From Phoronis australis (taxonomy: Eukaryota; Animalia; Phoronida), in assembly GCA_002633005.1 (NCBI GenBank), contig NMRA01000546.1:59967-114793 (forward strand): a DNA stretch of 54,827 bases, read 5' to 3'. Position numbers and translations under genes: made by a program. The notes under the pieces were generated by a model that had not been told where the DNA came from, did no database searches, and worked only from the letters and a program-made list of their open reading frames with translations. Numbering within the stretch: the stretch's first letter is position 1; each line of letters opens with the position of its first letter. Shown piece after piece: positions 27,701 through 40,100 of this stretch.

Positions 27701-30700
27701 TCATTTTATTGAAACAAAACGTAGAAATTCGGAAATATAAAAGTATAGCCCATATAATAGACGTAATTGACATTTGACATGGACTTTGACGTCCATTTAT
27801 TATTCCTCCCATATTTTCTCAATAACGAATTTTTACGGCACCTAACTTAGTTTGCTCGCTGATGGCCACGCGTGTCCTTTGATGAAACTGTCATATAACG
27901 CTTCAATAAAGCATGATGCAGTTTCTGGATTCGAAGTTGGACATCCTTTATCAATCATTGTGGCGCACGTGAGAGGAATGGCAAGTCTTTCTTTTCTCTC
28001 CGGGACTGCAAAGTCCGAATTCTTCCAGTCAATACATACAGTATGGACGGTTGAAGAAGTTAATTCCACACGCCGTGTATGTCCAACACGCTGTACGCAA
28101 AATGGTTGTGAGTCCTTACGTATCGGATATTTATTTGGTTGGAAACTCTAAATATTGGCATCTGAAAAAATCAACTTTCACGCAAATTACTCTCAGAACG
28201 CAGCCAATGTTTTCCATAAAGTGAACGTTTGCAAATCTACATTTTGTGGAATAATTGAATTAGACAGCCGACATGAATTAAATGAAACAATTTCGTGTGC
28301 GAAAATGGACTTTTGCGGTATTACTTGGTAAACTTGTCGTGTAGATTTCTAGAAAAGATTCTAAAAATGTGCCAGTCACGAAACAAACAACGCTAATTTT
28401 ATAAAGATGATCGATTGCTAGAACGTGTGAAATATTTGAGCTTATTTGAAAGAAACGCACAGCAGTAGACGCGTGCATTTGAATCGTTTCATTTATTGTG
28501 ATGGTGACACATCAGTTTACATAGCGTCTGAGAATGATAAACGAACGAACAGTCTTGGAAGTAATTTTTGAAAAACGTGTCAATGTCGCAGTTGTCAAAC
28601 AGGTAAAACACCAATGTAAATCACATTGTGTAGCAAGACAGAACTTTAAAATATAATGAAAACACTTTCCGACTTAACTTTAATTTTCAAGTGTTGTGTT
28701 CTCTTCATCTAAGCGCTAAACATTCGTATAAACGTTGGTGCTGATTATCCAGGTTACCACAGTTTTAGATCACGACATACATTACATGTATAATTTATAC
28801 TGACCTCAATTTCAACATAGCTATAATTTTGTACATAATCTGACTCCATTTCCGGAACATTTACTTCCATGTTCACTAAAGATATGTTAGTGATTGGTGG
28901 CAACATATTATTGTTGGACCACATCTTATGTTCTCATAAGTATAAACAATAGTTTCAAATTGCCTTTATTATTCAGTGAAAAGCTACCAAAGTGGTTGGA
29001 TTACAAATTTATTTTTGTGAATGAAATATATCCTCATCGTTTCTTTCGGTTTGTATTTTGCAATTTTTCTAGCTATCTTCACTGAAATTGTCACCAAAGT
29101 ATCATTTACACAAACCTGTTCAGTTATTTAATGTTAGTTGTCCCAGTCCGTTCAACTTTGCATACATTAGTCGTGCTTACATGTCGACGGGTGCCGCCAT
29201 TCGGAAATTTAGTGAAGCTTGCTTTAGAGCCGAGGCAATAACTGTTATGTCAGCAAAAGTTTCATTGATTTTCTTATACATGCACAGTGTACACAATTCC
29301 AATATTTGCCTTGTGAGCTAATATGTCTGTTTTATACATTTTTACCTTATGTGCACGAAGTTGCACGAAGGCGTGGATTTAAAAAATTACAACAGTATAC
29401 AAAAATAATTATGCGCACATATACAACGGATTTCCACCTGTGCCTATAAGCAAGGCATAAGCATGCGTCTACAAGTATATGTGAAACACTTAAGAAGGAA
29501 ATTTCCTTAGTTTCTTTATTTCCTAAGCACGGAACGCACTTGTAATGTTGTGCAGTGGGTTACGATTTCCTTGGTTTACTCGAAAGAATTAAAGTGCATT
29601 ACAATGTGACAAGTAAATATATGACACGCATGTACAGCATATGCTTAAGCGGTCGAATAAATGTCAATGGCAATCTGACTATTCGTGTATTCGATCAGCA
29701 ACACAGATATTGATACCTGAAAGCTATTCCTACTGTGACAGAAGAATGGCCAAATTCAGTTGACATAATATAGACCGAGCATCTGCTTGAGCGAAATCAG
29801 TTTGCAAAATTTAAAAAAGAAAGGACCAAATAGTTTACGTAAGCCACTGGTGTGCCAGCTGCAAATGACTAACGTTCATTGAAAAATAACGATCACACCC
29901 AGTGGGCTCAAGGATTAGGATCATTCATTATGATTCGGCGAATTTAGTTAGTCATGGTGAATGCGCTTTTGATCATTTTCATCATTTTGTTTTTCTTTAG
30001 ACTTGGGCGGATATATTTGATTACAAGTTGTTAGACATCTTGATGAGCTTAGCAGTATCTTGCCTCACTCTTAACGTAAATAATGCAAATGACAAATCTG
30101 ATTAAAAATGTCACAATCATACAGGTACAGTAGGTTGCGCTGTGTAAAATACAAAGTAGGTGTCGAACACACCTTGGTACGTCGTCAAGCACTCGTGAGC
30201 TATCATTCATAAACTGAGTAAACAACGTGCTTTTGCATCACGTGTTCAGTCCATGCCACTTTAGTGTATTCTAGTTTTTTAAGTAGTTATAGTTATAGTG
30301 TATGGTATATCGGTAAATAAATAATCCAATGCTTACATGTAGCTTTACCAATAGAGTACAATGCACACGCAATCCTGCTCTTGACAAACTGTCGTATTTT
30401 TATTTTTCCAGCAGTGCACTAGCTCAAAGTGTTCATTTTTTTAACTCACGGCAAAACTAGCATAGCACGTAATATATCGCTCGAGGAGGCAGTGTGGCCT
30501 GGTTGATAAGTGCCTGCTTTCTTTACTCGAGGTCGTGGGTTCAAGTCCCACCAGGTCACACTGCTAAACCCTTGAGCCAGGTTTCTAGGTCCTCAGCTCG
30601 GTTTTAACCATATATTAACAAAGCATAAAAATATTTCCAGGTGATCAGTGCAATGGGTCCACATGCGANGAGACGCTGTGACGTGAAATTTAAAGAAGTT

Positions 30701-33700
30701 GCCTACTTAATGCTAATTGAAATGGATTATCAGGGTGTATTGTACAGTCATGTTGTTCTTAAATTGTGTATTGAGCTAGTCCTTGAATTAAAATTAAAAT
30801 TAAAACACGGCTTGATTATTGGATCTTCTAAAATGTGAAAACGCATATCGGTTTTAAGTAGCGGAAGACCACAGCGGTGAAAAGAAGATGGTCGGCGACA
30901 TGAACTATTCCGTTGGTGTGGCACTTGTCGTTGAAAAGCTTGACTATTACAAAGTTATTGTCAAACTGGTGCTCGATAAAATCAAAATCTGTCGAAATGG
31001 TTTAATTTTTAATGTGTCGATAACGTACCTGATTAATGTGTTTGATTTTCCTCTGATATCTATCTCTTTTCAGTTCTGACTGAAAGTGTCTCTTATCTCA
31101 GTTCGGCTAGAGTAAACTCTCCGCTACTCCCGGGGGAATTGATTCAAATGAATAATAACTCGATCGTTTTGGTTTTGCTTAATTATTTGTCATTTCTTTA
31201 TACAATTTGAAGTTTCTGCGTCACGCAATTCCACAACCGTGTTCAGCTGTAGGAACATGGCACCTTTCCTTTTTGTTTTGTTAAATTTGAAAAACTAATT
31301 GGCAAACATTGACGTTAATTCAATTTTGAAATTCTTTGTTAAATGAAAACTACTGAAAATGTACCAACCATGAATAAATCACTTAATTTAAGGCGGATGA
31401 CCCATTGCTAGTGCTTGTGGAATATTAAAGCATTTTTCTTTGAACAAACGAAGTACATTACATCCTTGCGGAACTAAACATATAATGCATTTTTAGAACA
31501 CTAAAATGCAAATGACCCGTACTATGTAAAGCGATGGCGTTCATTTTGGCTTACCAATCAGGACAAAAACTTTATGTAATGGTTAAGATTATGAAATAAT
31601 GCTTCTCTAAAGAACAATAAAATGGCAAGCAAACTGTGCAACGAATTCCAAAAATGGCGAACACTGAACACTGTCTGGGTACGGAGTAACTCAGCTGTAT
31701 GGTGTTGCGCGATGTGTTCACACGTATCTTGTTTTCCTTAACTTAATCATCATTATTTTAATATTAATAATACTATTGTCACGCGCATTTTGTCACACGT
31801 CTTTGTGCTACGTTTGTTATGGCATGATAAGCAAAGTAAGGAACTTTTACAGAGCAATTGAAAATAGTAATGACCCATGCTATACAGCCGTGGCCTTAAG
31901 TTCGAGTAAATGGCCATACAGCACAATGAGTTCATGGCCTTGTATTCCGGGGATTACGGTACATGTATGTTTACGGAAACATTGACAATCCGTACGATTT
32001 GCAGACATTAGACATACTCTGTGAAGTGGACCAATAGGCTGAATAGTAATGGAGTTTTTAAGTAATGTATTGAATATGTCCTTAATTAGAAACTAAACGC
32101 TCGGCTTGGTTTCCGGGAGTTGTACATGTACGTGAATAATCGATTGCTACCGGTACTCAGTCGTGCATGTCCGATGGTGGTCGGCGACATGGAATATTCC
32201 GAGAAGAAAGATGTGGCAACTGCTAATTAAATACACGTTGATCAGAAAATTATTACTGAACATGTAAGCAGGATAAATGAAAATCGTTTCACTTTGGTTC
32301 ATGGAAATTAACCGTATTGTTATGTTTGATTTTCCTTGAGGGTTTATTTTTTCACATCTTCACAGAAGGTGTTGTTTTTGTCGCTCTGTTGACCAAGCGG
32401 AAAATCGCTTTGTTCAATAAGTTCGTGGGAAGTGATGAATTATAACTAGGTCACTTTTATTTCGGTTTAAGATATGTCAGTGTTCGTTTACACTTTGTCT
32501 GAAATTGCTAAAGAATTGCCACTTACAGTGTATTCAACCATGTCCAGTCATTCATCTTTATCGTTCGGTTTGCTGCGTGTGCGCGTATTTAGGCCATGCG
32601 CCTTGATTGGTTGTGTTTATGCGATGCAAAATGGCAAACATTGGCGTACATTTAGTCAAATGAATAGCACTGACACTTGATGAAAAAATAAAATAAAAAC
32701 ATCCCGTTTACGAAAGGCACCTGGACCAACAATTGAACACTGTACATGTATGAACGGCAATCGTTGAGTTAGGTGTAAAGTGCGAAGCGGAGAAACTGCG
32801 CTAACAGGGCGTAAGATTGCCATTGCGGGTGTTGAATGTTGTCTCCACACTGAGGTTGATCTCAGAAAATCCCTTCTCACCTATTTTTTAAACAATTAAT
32901 GGGACCCAAATCCAGCTTTGTGAACTTCGATTTCCTACAACTTTTACTTACATGTACAAACTGCTAGACAAACTTGAATGCATACCTAGATGAATTGCCG
33001 AAGAGGTCCTTAATGAAAAATGTAGACTTCAACGAAAACCTTGCAACTAAACGTGTAGAAAAATGGAAAGAGTTGTAGTTTCATTTAATTTGATAACTGT
33101 GTGTGAATTGAAGCAACACGGGAATGATTCGTTGCACATTGATTTGAAAATATCGACGAAAGTCTACGATTCATGAATGACTATTTCCAATTATTTACAA
33201 ATTGGAGACTCATTTGCAAACCTGAAACATTTTCAACTTGCATACACGTCATTATAATCCTTACGTCATCCGCATATAGCGCAAATCAACAAAACGCGCA
33301 GGACCTACTAACCCCTGTGCCAGACAAGCAAGCGTTTTGTCAACTTGCATGAAACATTGCGAGTTGGTGCACATTTCTCCAAATTTGGTGATTGCTAGTC
33401 CCCAGTTGCGGTCTAGATGATAGTACACTGGAGCTAGGCTGTAACGGCACTGAAATCTTTTCCACCTCGTAATTATAGTCACTGCTTTGTACTATCTAAC
33501 AAATCAAGTCTCTCGTACTTTATGCGTAGGGGACTTAAGCACTGACAAATGGTGCGTCGAGTAATGTTGCAGTCAAAACACTGACGGCATGTTGGTTTCC
33601 CCACATTTCCTCTCAAACATGTTAGGTCCAACAATGGCAACAACCTTACACAATCTTGCTTGGCAGTCTTTGGCATCCAGTTTTTATTTCAATTCGATCA

Positions 33701-36700
33701 CAAATAATTATTTATTTTGAGAATTTGAATAAAACGTGAAGTATACAAGAAAGGTAATGAGATGCTAAGAAATATCCCCTGAAACCCCTGGTTCGCTTGG
33801 TACTTTAAAACAATGGAAACAGTGGATTTTGAAGATGATCATCTAGATTTTTGAAGTTCTTTAATCATTTTTTAAAATAAAATTGAAAAAATTCTTACCT
33901 CATGTCTTGCACTCTGGCCCACGGGGTCTAATCTCTAAGTACAGATGCACTCAAATCTGTCACCCTGTTTATCTGGTTAAAAACGAAGTTCAAGTTGGTG
34001 GGCATTATTGGCGTGAAATCGCAACTTATGAGATGACCAACTCGAGTTGAAGGCAATGAGTACACTTGTGCTACTTTCGAGTGCACAACTTATGGTATGG
34101 CCAACACCAAAGAATGATGATATAGATGTCATTGTTGTTGACAGAAATGGAATCCTATCGCAGAAAGGAATATTATGAAGGCCTAATTTCATTGAAAACA
34201 TCTACTCTGTCTGCGCTGTTAACAGAACTATCTCAGAAATTTCTCACCCGTAAATTAATGAATATGCCATAACACAATTTAGTCGCACCATTGCAATCCA
34301 ATGAAGGAGCGACTGAAGTGTCCTCTTAAAATTCCGAAGTTGAACCGGCGTGAAACCAATCTATCATATTAAAAACAACTTTGAAATGGTGGGTCAAATG
34401 TCACACTGTTTAGAGGTTTAATGGCCAAGTACCAAAATCTAGAAAACGAAGAGTCTGTAAAATCACCGATTGAGAAATGTCAGAGAAAATGGTCTTATTG
34501 CCAGATGGGCTGTGAATACAAAGTCTGAATAAGGTCCGACTTTTGTAAAATGATTTTCTTGTTTTCCCACTGTTTTTAATAATGATGATTGCGGTACAAC
34601 GTTTCTCCTATCTTGAGTCTGAAAATATGTCATGTTGTATTTTTCAGTTTTGACACTTCCGTTCATACTGCGGTCCTTATGATTTTTCCTTTATTGGCAA
34701 TTCCATTTTTAATCCATTGCAACGTACTTCTTCAGATTATTTCATAACAAGTAAGCTCTCTGTGCCTTTGTTTCGTGTAACATCAACCAAGCCTACATAT
34801 CATGTTGGAACAAAAATGGACTTTTAGACTGTTGGTGGCCCTGTTATTAGAAAATACCTCTGTGAAAGAAAACAATCCAAACAATACACTAATCACGTGG
34901 TCAAATGTGGACCAGTAATATCACATATTGTTTTGTAACTCAGCAAAAATAGTCTAGTCTCAGATTACGACATTAAATTACCGTGGAACACCAAAAATAT
35001 CACAGTCCATAAATGACTTAACACGTTGCTTAAAAAGGTGTTTGTGAGCGTATTATCATGATGAAATAACTAACGTGAAACCTACTTTGAGTTTTGCTCG
35101 TGGGCCGTAAAACGAGTGGCGCTGTCGTCTGAAATAACGAGCGGAAATCAACAATTGATCGAACTTCAAAACCACTTGCTGGAATGCAAAACCCAGTGAC
35201 CGGTGGTCCAACTTGTGGGACTCCTATACTAGATGGTTGCATCTAACTGCGGGTTGGCCTGACCTAAACTGGATTGGCTAGTGCTCAAATACACATCAGG
35301 GTCTACACGTTGAAAGCGAGTCTCTGAGGCGGTCAGGCCGTCGTGTTTTATCTCCAACCAACTAGATATACCACCGGCCAATGTATCGGTTCCAACCAAC
35401 CATTTCTTGTGTGATTTCATCACGTTTTGAAGTCCGGACAACACGTTTGATTTACCGGACATTTGGTTCTGCAGTCCAACCGAGTGTCCGGGCAAACGGT
35501 TTTGAAATCCGACAAATAGCCGACATCCCCATGAATAAGGTTTTGGATGAATTTATACAAAATGCAAAACAGGCAAGTTCTACTGATTTTATAGTCACGA
35601 TTTTAGGGTGTGGATCCAGGTGTTTCATTCTGCAAGATTCAGAAACCGTTATTTTTTGCTTTGACAGTGGACTGTGAGAAAGTGATTTGATGAAGCAAAT
35701 GTGGACTTCACGAGTGATGACATTTGGCAGTGGACTGTGAGAAAGTGATTTGACGAAGCAAATGTGGACTTCACGAATGATGAAATTTGACAGTGGACTG
35801 TGAGAAAGTGATTTGACGAAGCAAATGTGGACTTCACGAGTGATGATATTTGGCCAAAAGACACTGTATCTCACCTTGAGTCTTTCCACTTGTCGTACAT
35901 GTATGTTAGAGGTGGTATAGGTTCTCCAAATGTTATGGTTCTATAGAACTGTTTCACACCATTGAAAATATCGACTTTCCAATCGCAAAACTTCTTCACT
36001 AAATCTCTTATGTCCAGCATGTCACAATCTCATGGGTTCAAAATAAGTTTACTCTCAGTCTCGTTCTTGCCGTGCTTTGTATACACTACATCCATCACAC
36101 GGTACATTATGTTCCGCAGCATACCTTCATGTAACCCAGCATCTCCACATGTACACTGTGCTGCATGTTTCTACACCACTCCTTCGTGTAACCCAGCATC
36201 ACCAGTGTAGACTGTATGTTCTACACCACCCCTTCGTGTAACCCAGCATCACCACTGTACACTGTATGTTCTACACCACTCCTTCGTGTAACCCAGCCTC
36301 ATCGCGTGTACAATGTACACTGTACACTTTATGTTCTACAGCACTTCTTGTAACCCAGCATCACCAGTGTACATGTACGGTGTACGTTCTACACCACTCC
36401 TTCGTGTAACCCACCACTAGCGTTCGTCATAATTTTACTGCCATTCTCGTACTAACCGTGCCTTGATTAAAACATTGCACCAATCATACGATACATTATG
36501 TTCCATAGCAAACCTTCGTGTAACCCAGCATCACCACGAGCCATTGGCGAAATATATAAAGTCGAATCCTCCCATTTAATTGCTGCCAATAATTTCACAA
36601 AAAGCAGAAAGTAGTATGTTCATGTCTATGTAAGATTAATAAACATGTGTGGTCATTTGATGTGATCTTCGTCTTTCATTCAAACTTTTTGTTACAGAAT

Positions 36701-37106
36701 GGAGAAACCGCTTACGACGTTTGTGGACGTGAAGGCAATGTCGACGAATCAACTGTCGAAAACATAAAGGGATTCTTAAAGGTAGAATTCAAGAAGATTT
36801 TCGGATGATTAGTGAATAATTCTAAGATATTGTTGACGGTATTTGTGTGATAATCTTGTGGTTTTAATCATTGGACTCTCTTTTGTGAATTTTTCACAAT
36901 TTCGAATACAGCACCTAATACCGCATGGACGCAAATTTGCGGAATTTCCTATAAAAAATGAAGAGTAGCTGCAAATTTGGGTGTAGGCATTTCCATCGTT
37001 TTTAAAACTTATCTGGTAATTGAAAATCCCGGTGGTCTTACTTTAAAATGACAATCGACCACAAAGATTGGCATTTCTAATTTCAAAATAAAATAAAACA
37101 CACGTG

Positions 37107-37157
<51 letters not shown>

Positions 37158-40100
37158 AAAGACGTACACACAAACGGCACATTTTTTCTAATTAAATACT
37201 GTTGCTTTACGATTTGTTTGTACTGTGTAATGCCACTTAACGCGTAGACTAAGCTGTAGAGATATTCACTTTAAAGGAGAATGCCACCCGATTTAATTAG
37301 TCTTTTTGCCGTCTTAATCGGTCTATATCCAAATCGCCTCGCATATGGTCGACCTTACCTTGCCAAGAGGTGTCGCTTTAACCTGTGAGGAAGGTGAGAA
37401 ACGACGCTAGCGACGTCAGTGGTTCATACGCAGAGTGAATGTCGCTATGTTGCGGTGCTTCGTTCCCGCTTGCCCGAACTAAGCAGCTGCGAGGAAAGCG
37501 GGTATAACGTTTTTTACTTTCTCGAGAGTCCGAAATGCTTAGGAAGTGGCTCATGGTAGCGAAGAATGAAATGTACGCTGTAAATAGCAAGTATGAGGCC
37601 GTGAAACATCTCCGAGTCTGTCGCCTGCAGACGTCGACCGTGCCTGACGAATGCCGGCTTACCAAATAACTCCATACGTTCCGTTGTCTGAGCTTGTTCA
37701 CGGCGCCTCTCTAGTATTTCTTCATCACTGTACTCCTGTTCGAGTCGATAGCCTGTAAAACTTAACAATCCACCTGCGAAGTCGGGACTGATGAGCTCTA
37801 GCTCGTCTTAAGTCGGCATTGCCAGTTGCCACGTTGGTGTTTATTACTGAGCTTTCTGTTTCAAAATGAATTATTCTCACCCTAACCAATACTTATATAA
37901 AACTGAAACAAAGTCTGTCTCATTAGATGCAATTTGTAATGCATTTGGAGTGTTCGTGAGTGCAAATGATTTGAGATGCCAGCAATGAATAAATAAATCA
38001 CTGCGTTACCGGCTTTAGGTGCAATAAAACTAATTGACGGTACACCTAGGCCGTGTGAGCTCATGCTAATTTAGTTTTTGCTGACAGAAACTGTTGTGAA
38101 ACAACTCAATTTCCATTCCACGGCCAGGTGTTAGGGGAATCTTTATTTACATTAACATTACTCAATTAATGATTGTCAAGTTACAACTTCTGCCCTGTTG
38201 GTTCTGTGGCTAAAGCGGAACCCGACTGAATTCGCAGCCCCCGACGGTGAGTAAGTAGATTTGCAGTTTCGTGGCTAAGTCACCAACATAATCAGGTGCA
38301 CATTACTTTGGCTCACTAGTATAGTATTTTCTTGACTGGAAGTTTAGTTTCCACTGAACTTTGGCTGATTTATGTTCGTGATGTCTGATCAGTTTCCGAG
38401 CCACTGGCTGGGATAACGAGTCAATCCGACCGGCCGCGACGGGCCTGATCGTATTCCGAGCCACTGGCCAGGCTAACAAGCGTTTTGTGTTGAGAACTCA
38501 AAAAACCACAAGTCTAAACAACACAGATCTAGGTTCTCCTGTCTGTATCTCATGGAAAATACTTCGAAATTATCTCCGAACAGACCCCAAACTCCTGCTA
38601 CGGACCTTAATGGCCTGCCGAACTTTGTAGGCTACGGTATGTCCAAATACCAATAAATCCGTAAGAGCGAAATAAAACAACACATTTTTATGAGAATTCG
38701 GTGTGTTTTTAATGGTTTTTCATCGCAGTTTGATGATTTATTGGTGTTAAACGATGAATTCAAGCGATAAGCTGACACCAGTAACCCGTGTTGTGAACTG
38801 CTGATCAGACTGCGTGTGAAACCAATTACGTCATTGGATAATTTCAACACCTCCATCTGCCGTCAGGTGTCAGGTAACGCCACCGAACGTGTCGTTATGG
38901 AGTCGAACTACTCGATCTAGAGTGATACATAATAGGTTGTTTTTTGGGTGGCATGCTCCTTTAACAAACGAGGCAACTTGCACCTTTGAAAGCGCGATAT
39001 CTAATACATAAAGAGGTTGAAGATTGCGATTTTTTCAGGCACAAAAAAGTAGGATACTGCACTTAATGCGTTTTTTTAAGAGTCAGTCAGTCAGTCGATA
39101 GGGAAAATATCAAACTAAGTTGCAGATTCTTGAGTGACCTGTGCTGCTGCGCGAATTATTTTTTTGTTTTTTTGTGAATAGAAACCAGTAAGAGAGCGCA
39201 AATTTTTCTTTTAATTCTTGTCGCTATAAGCAATTACAGTATATCCAGGAGACGTGACGCTCAATGGACTGGTACATGTACGTACTTTCGTGGTCCCCCC
39301 CCCCAATACTGATTTTCAGTATTGTAAAAATGACGACGGTTAATTTTATAGTATTCAAATACTGTGTCAACCGGTTCGTTTTTAATGGGGTCTAAATTTA
39401 ATGTGAACTACTGTGAAAAATCACAATACTGGGATCACATAAATAGATGACACGTTTTTAAAGTTCATAGGGCGTTCTCCCGTTCAGTGACTTTACCAAA
39501 CATAGAGCTGTTGTGAGCCTTTAGATCCATCTCTTTTGTTAACTGCCTCGCTGTCTTTTGTGTGGTATGACAACATGCAGGCCAATTATCTGCCCGGCTT
39601 ATTACCGAAGACATGTGAAAACAGTCACCCAGTGCGTTGGTACGTTCAGACGGGATAGATTGTCTTAACTTTGGTGGTAGTTGGGTGATTTTGGTGATTC
39701 AAAAACTATAAGCATGATAACTATTTGATGGGTAATTCAGAAATGTTATTGATTGATGCAGCATAGCCCAACCAGGGCTAAATACGATCTTATCGGAGAT
39801 TAGATCAATTATAGAATGAAAGAACGCTGACCCCCCAATCCTAAATGTCAGAATTAATTAATCAGTCGCCTGTGTAAGAGTATGCCGTAATGTAAAACAA
39901 TCGAAGAAAACATACCCAATTCCTTTCCCGTGCATCGGTCGGGATTGCCAACGTACAAATATTCTCTCGTGCACGGCATTCCTTTTTACCCCCTGAATCC
40001 CCCACATCAAGAACCGTACACATGTTGGTTTTTTATACATGTAGTATCCTCACACAGTGTAAATATTTACTCACAATGAGACTAGCCCCCCTCCCACAAA

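Larger units (their letters stand above)
37275..38960 (+). mobile_element. Kolobok-type DNA transposon, internally deleted
   Basis: TTAA TSD at 37271-74 and 38961-64; 15-bp TIR AGGAGAATGCCACCC / GGGTGGCATGCTCCT (1 mismatch); THAP remnant inside. Confidence 0.8.

Noticed and set aside
30485-30560. tRNA gene
   Set aside because: A and B boxes are present but I found no convincing cloverleaf; a shared non-tRNA tail in two copies indicates a SINE.
35452-35889. 145-aa ORF with 21-aa repeats
   Set aside because: Openness is explained by a 63-bp minisatellite; no domain signature.
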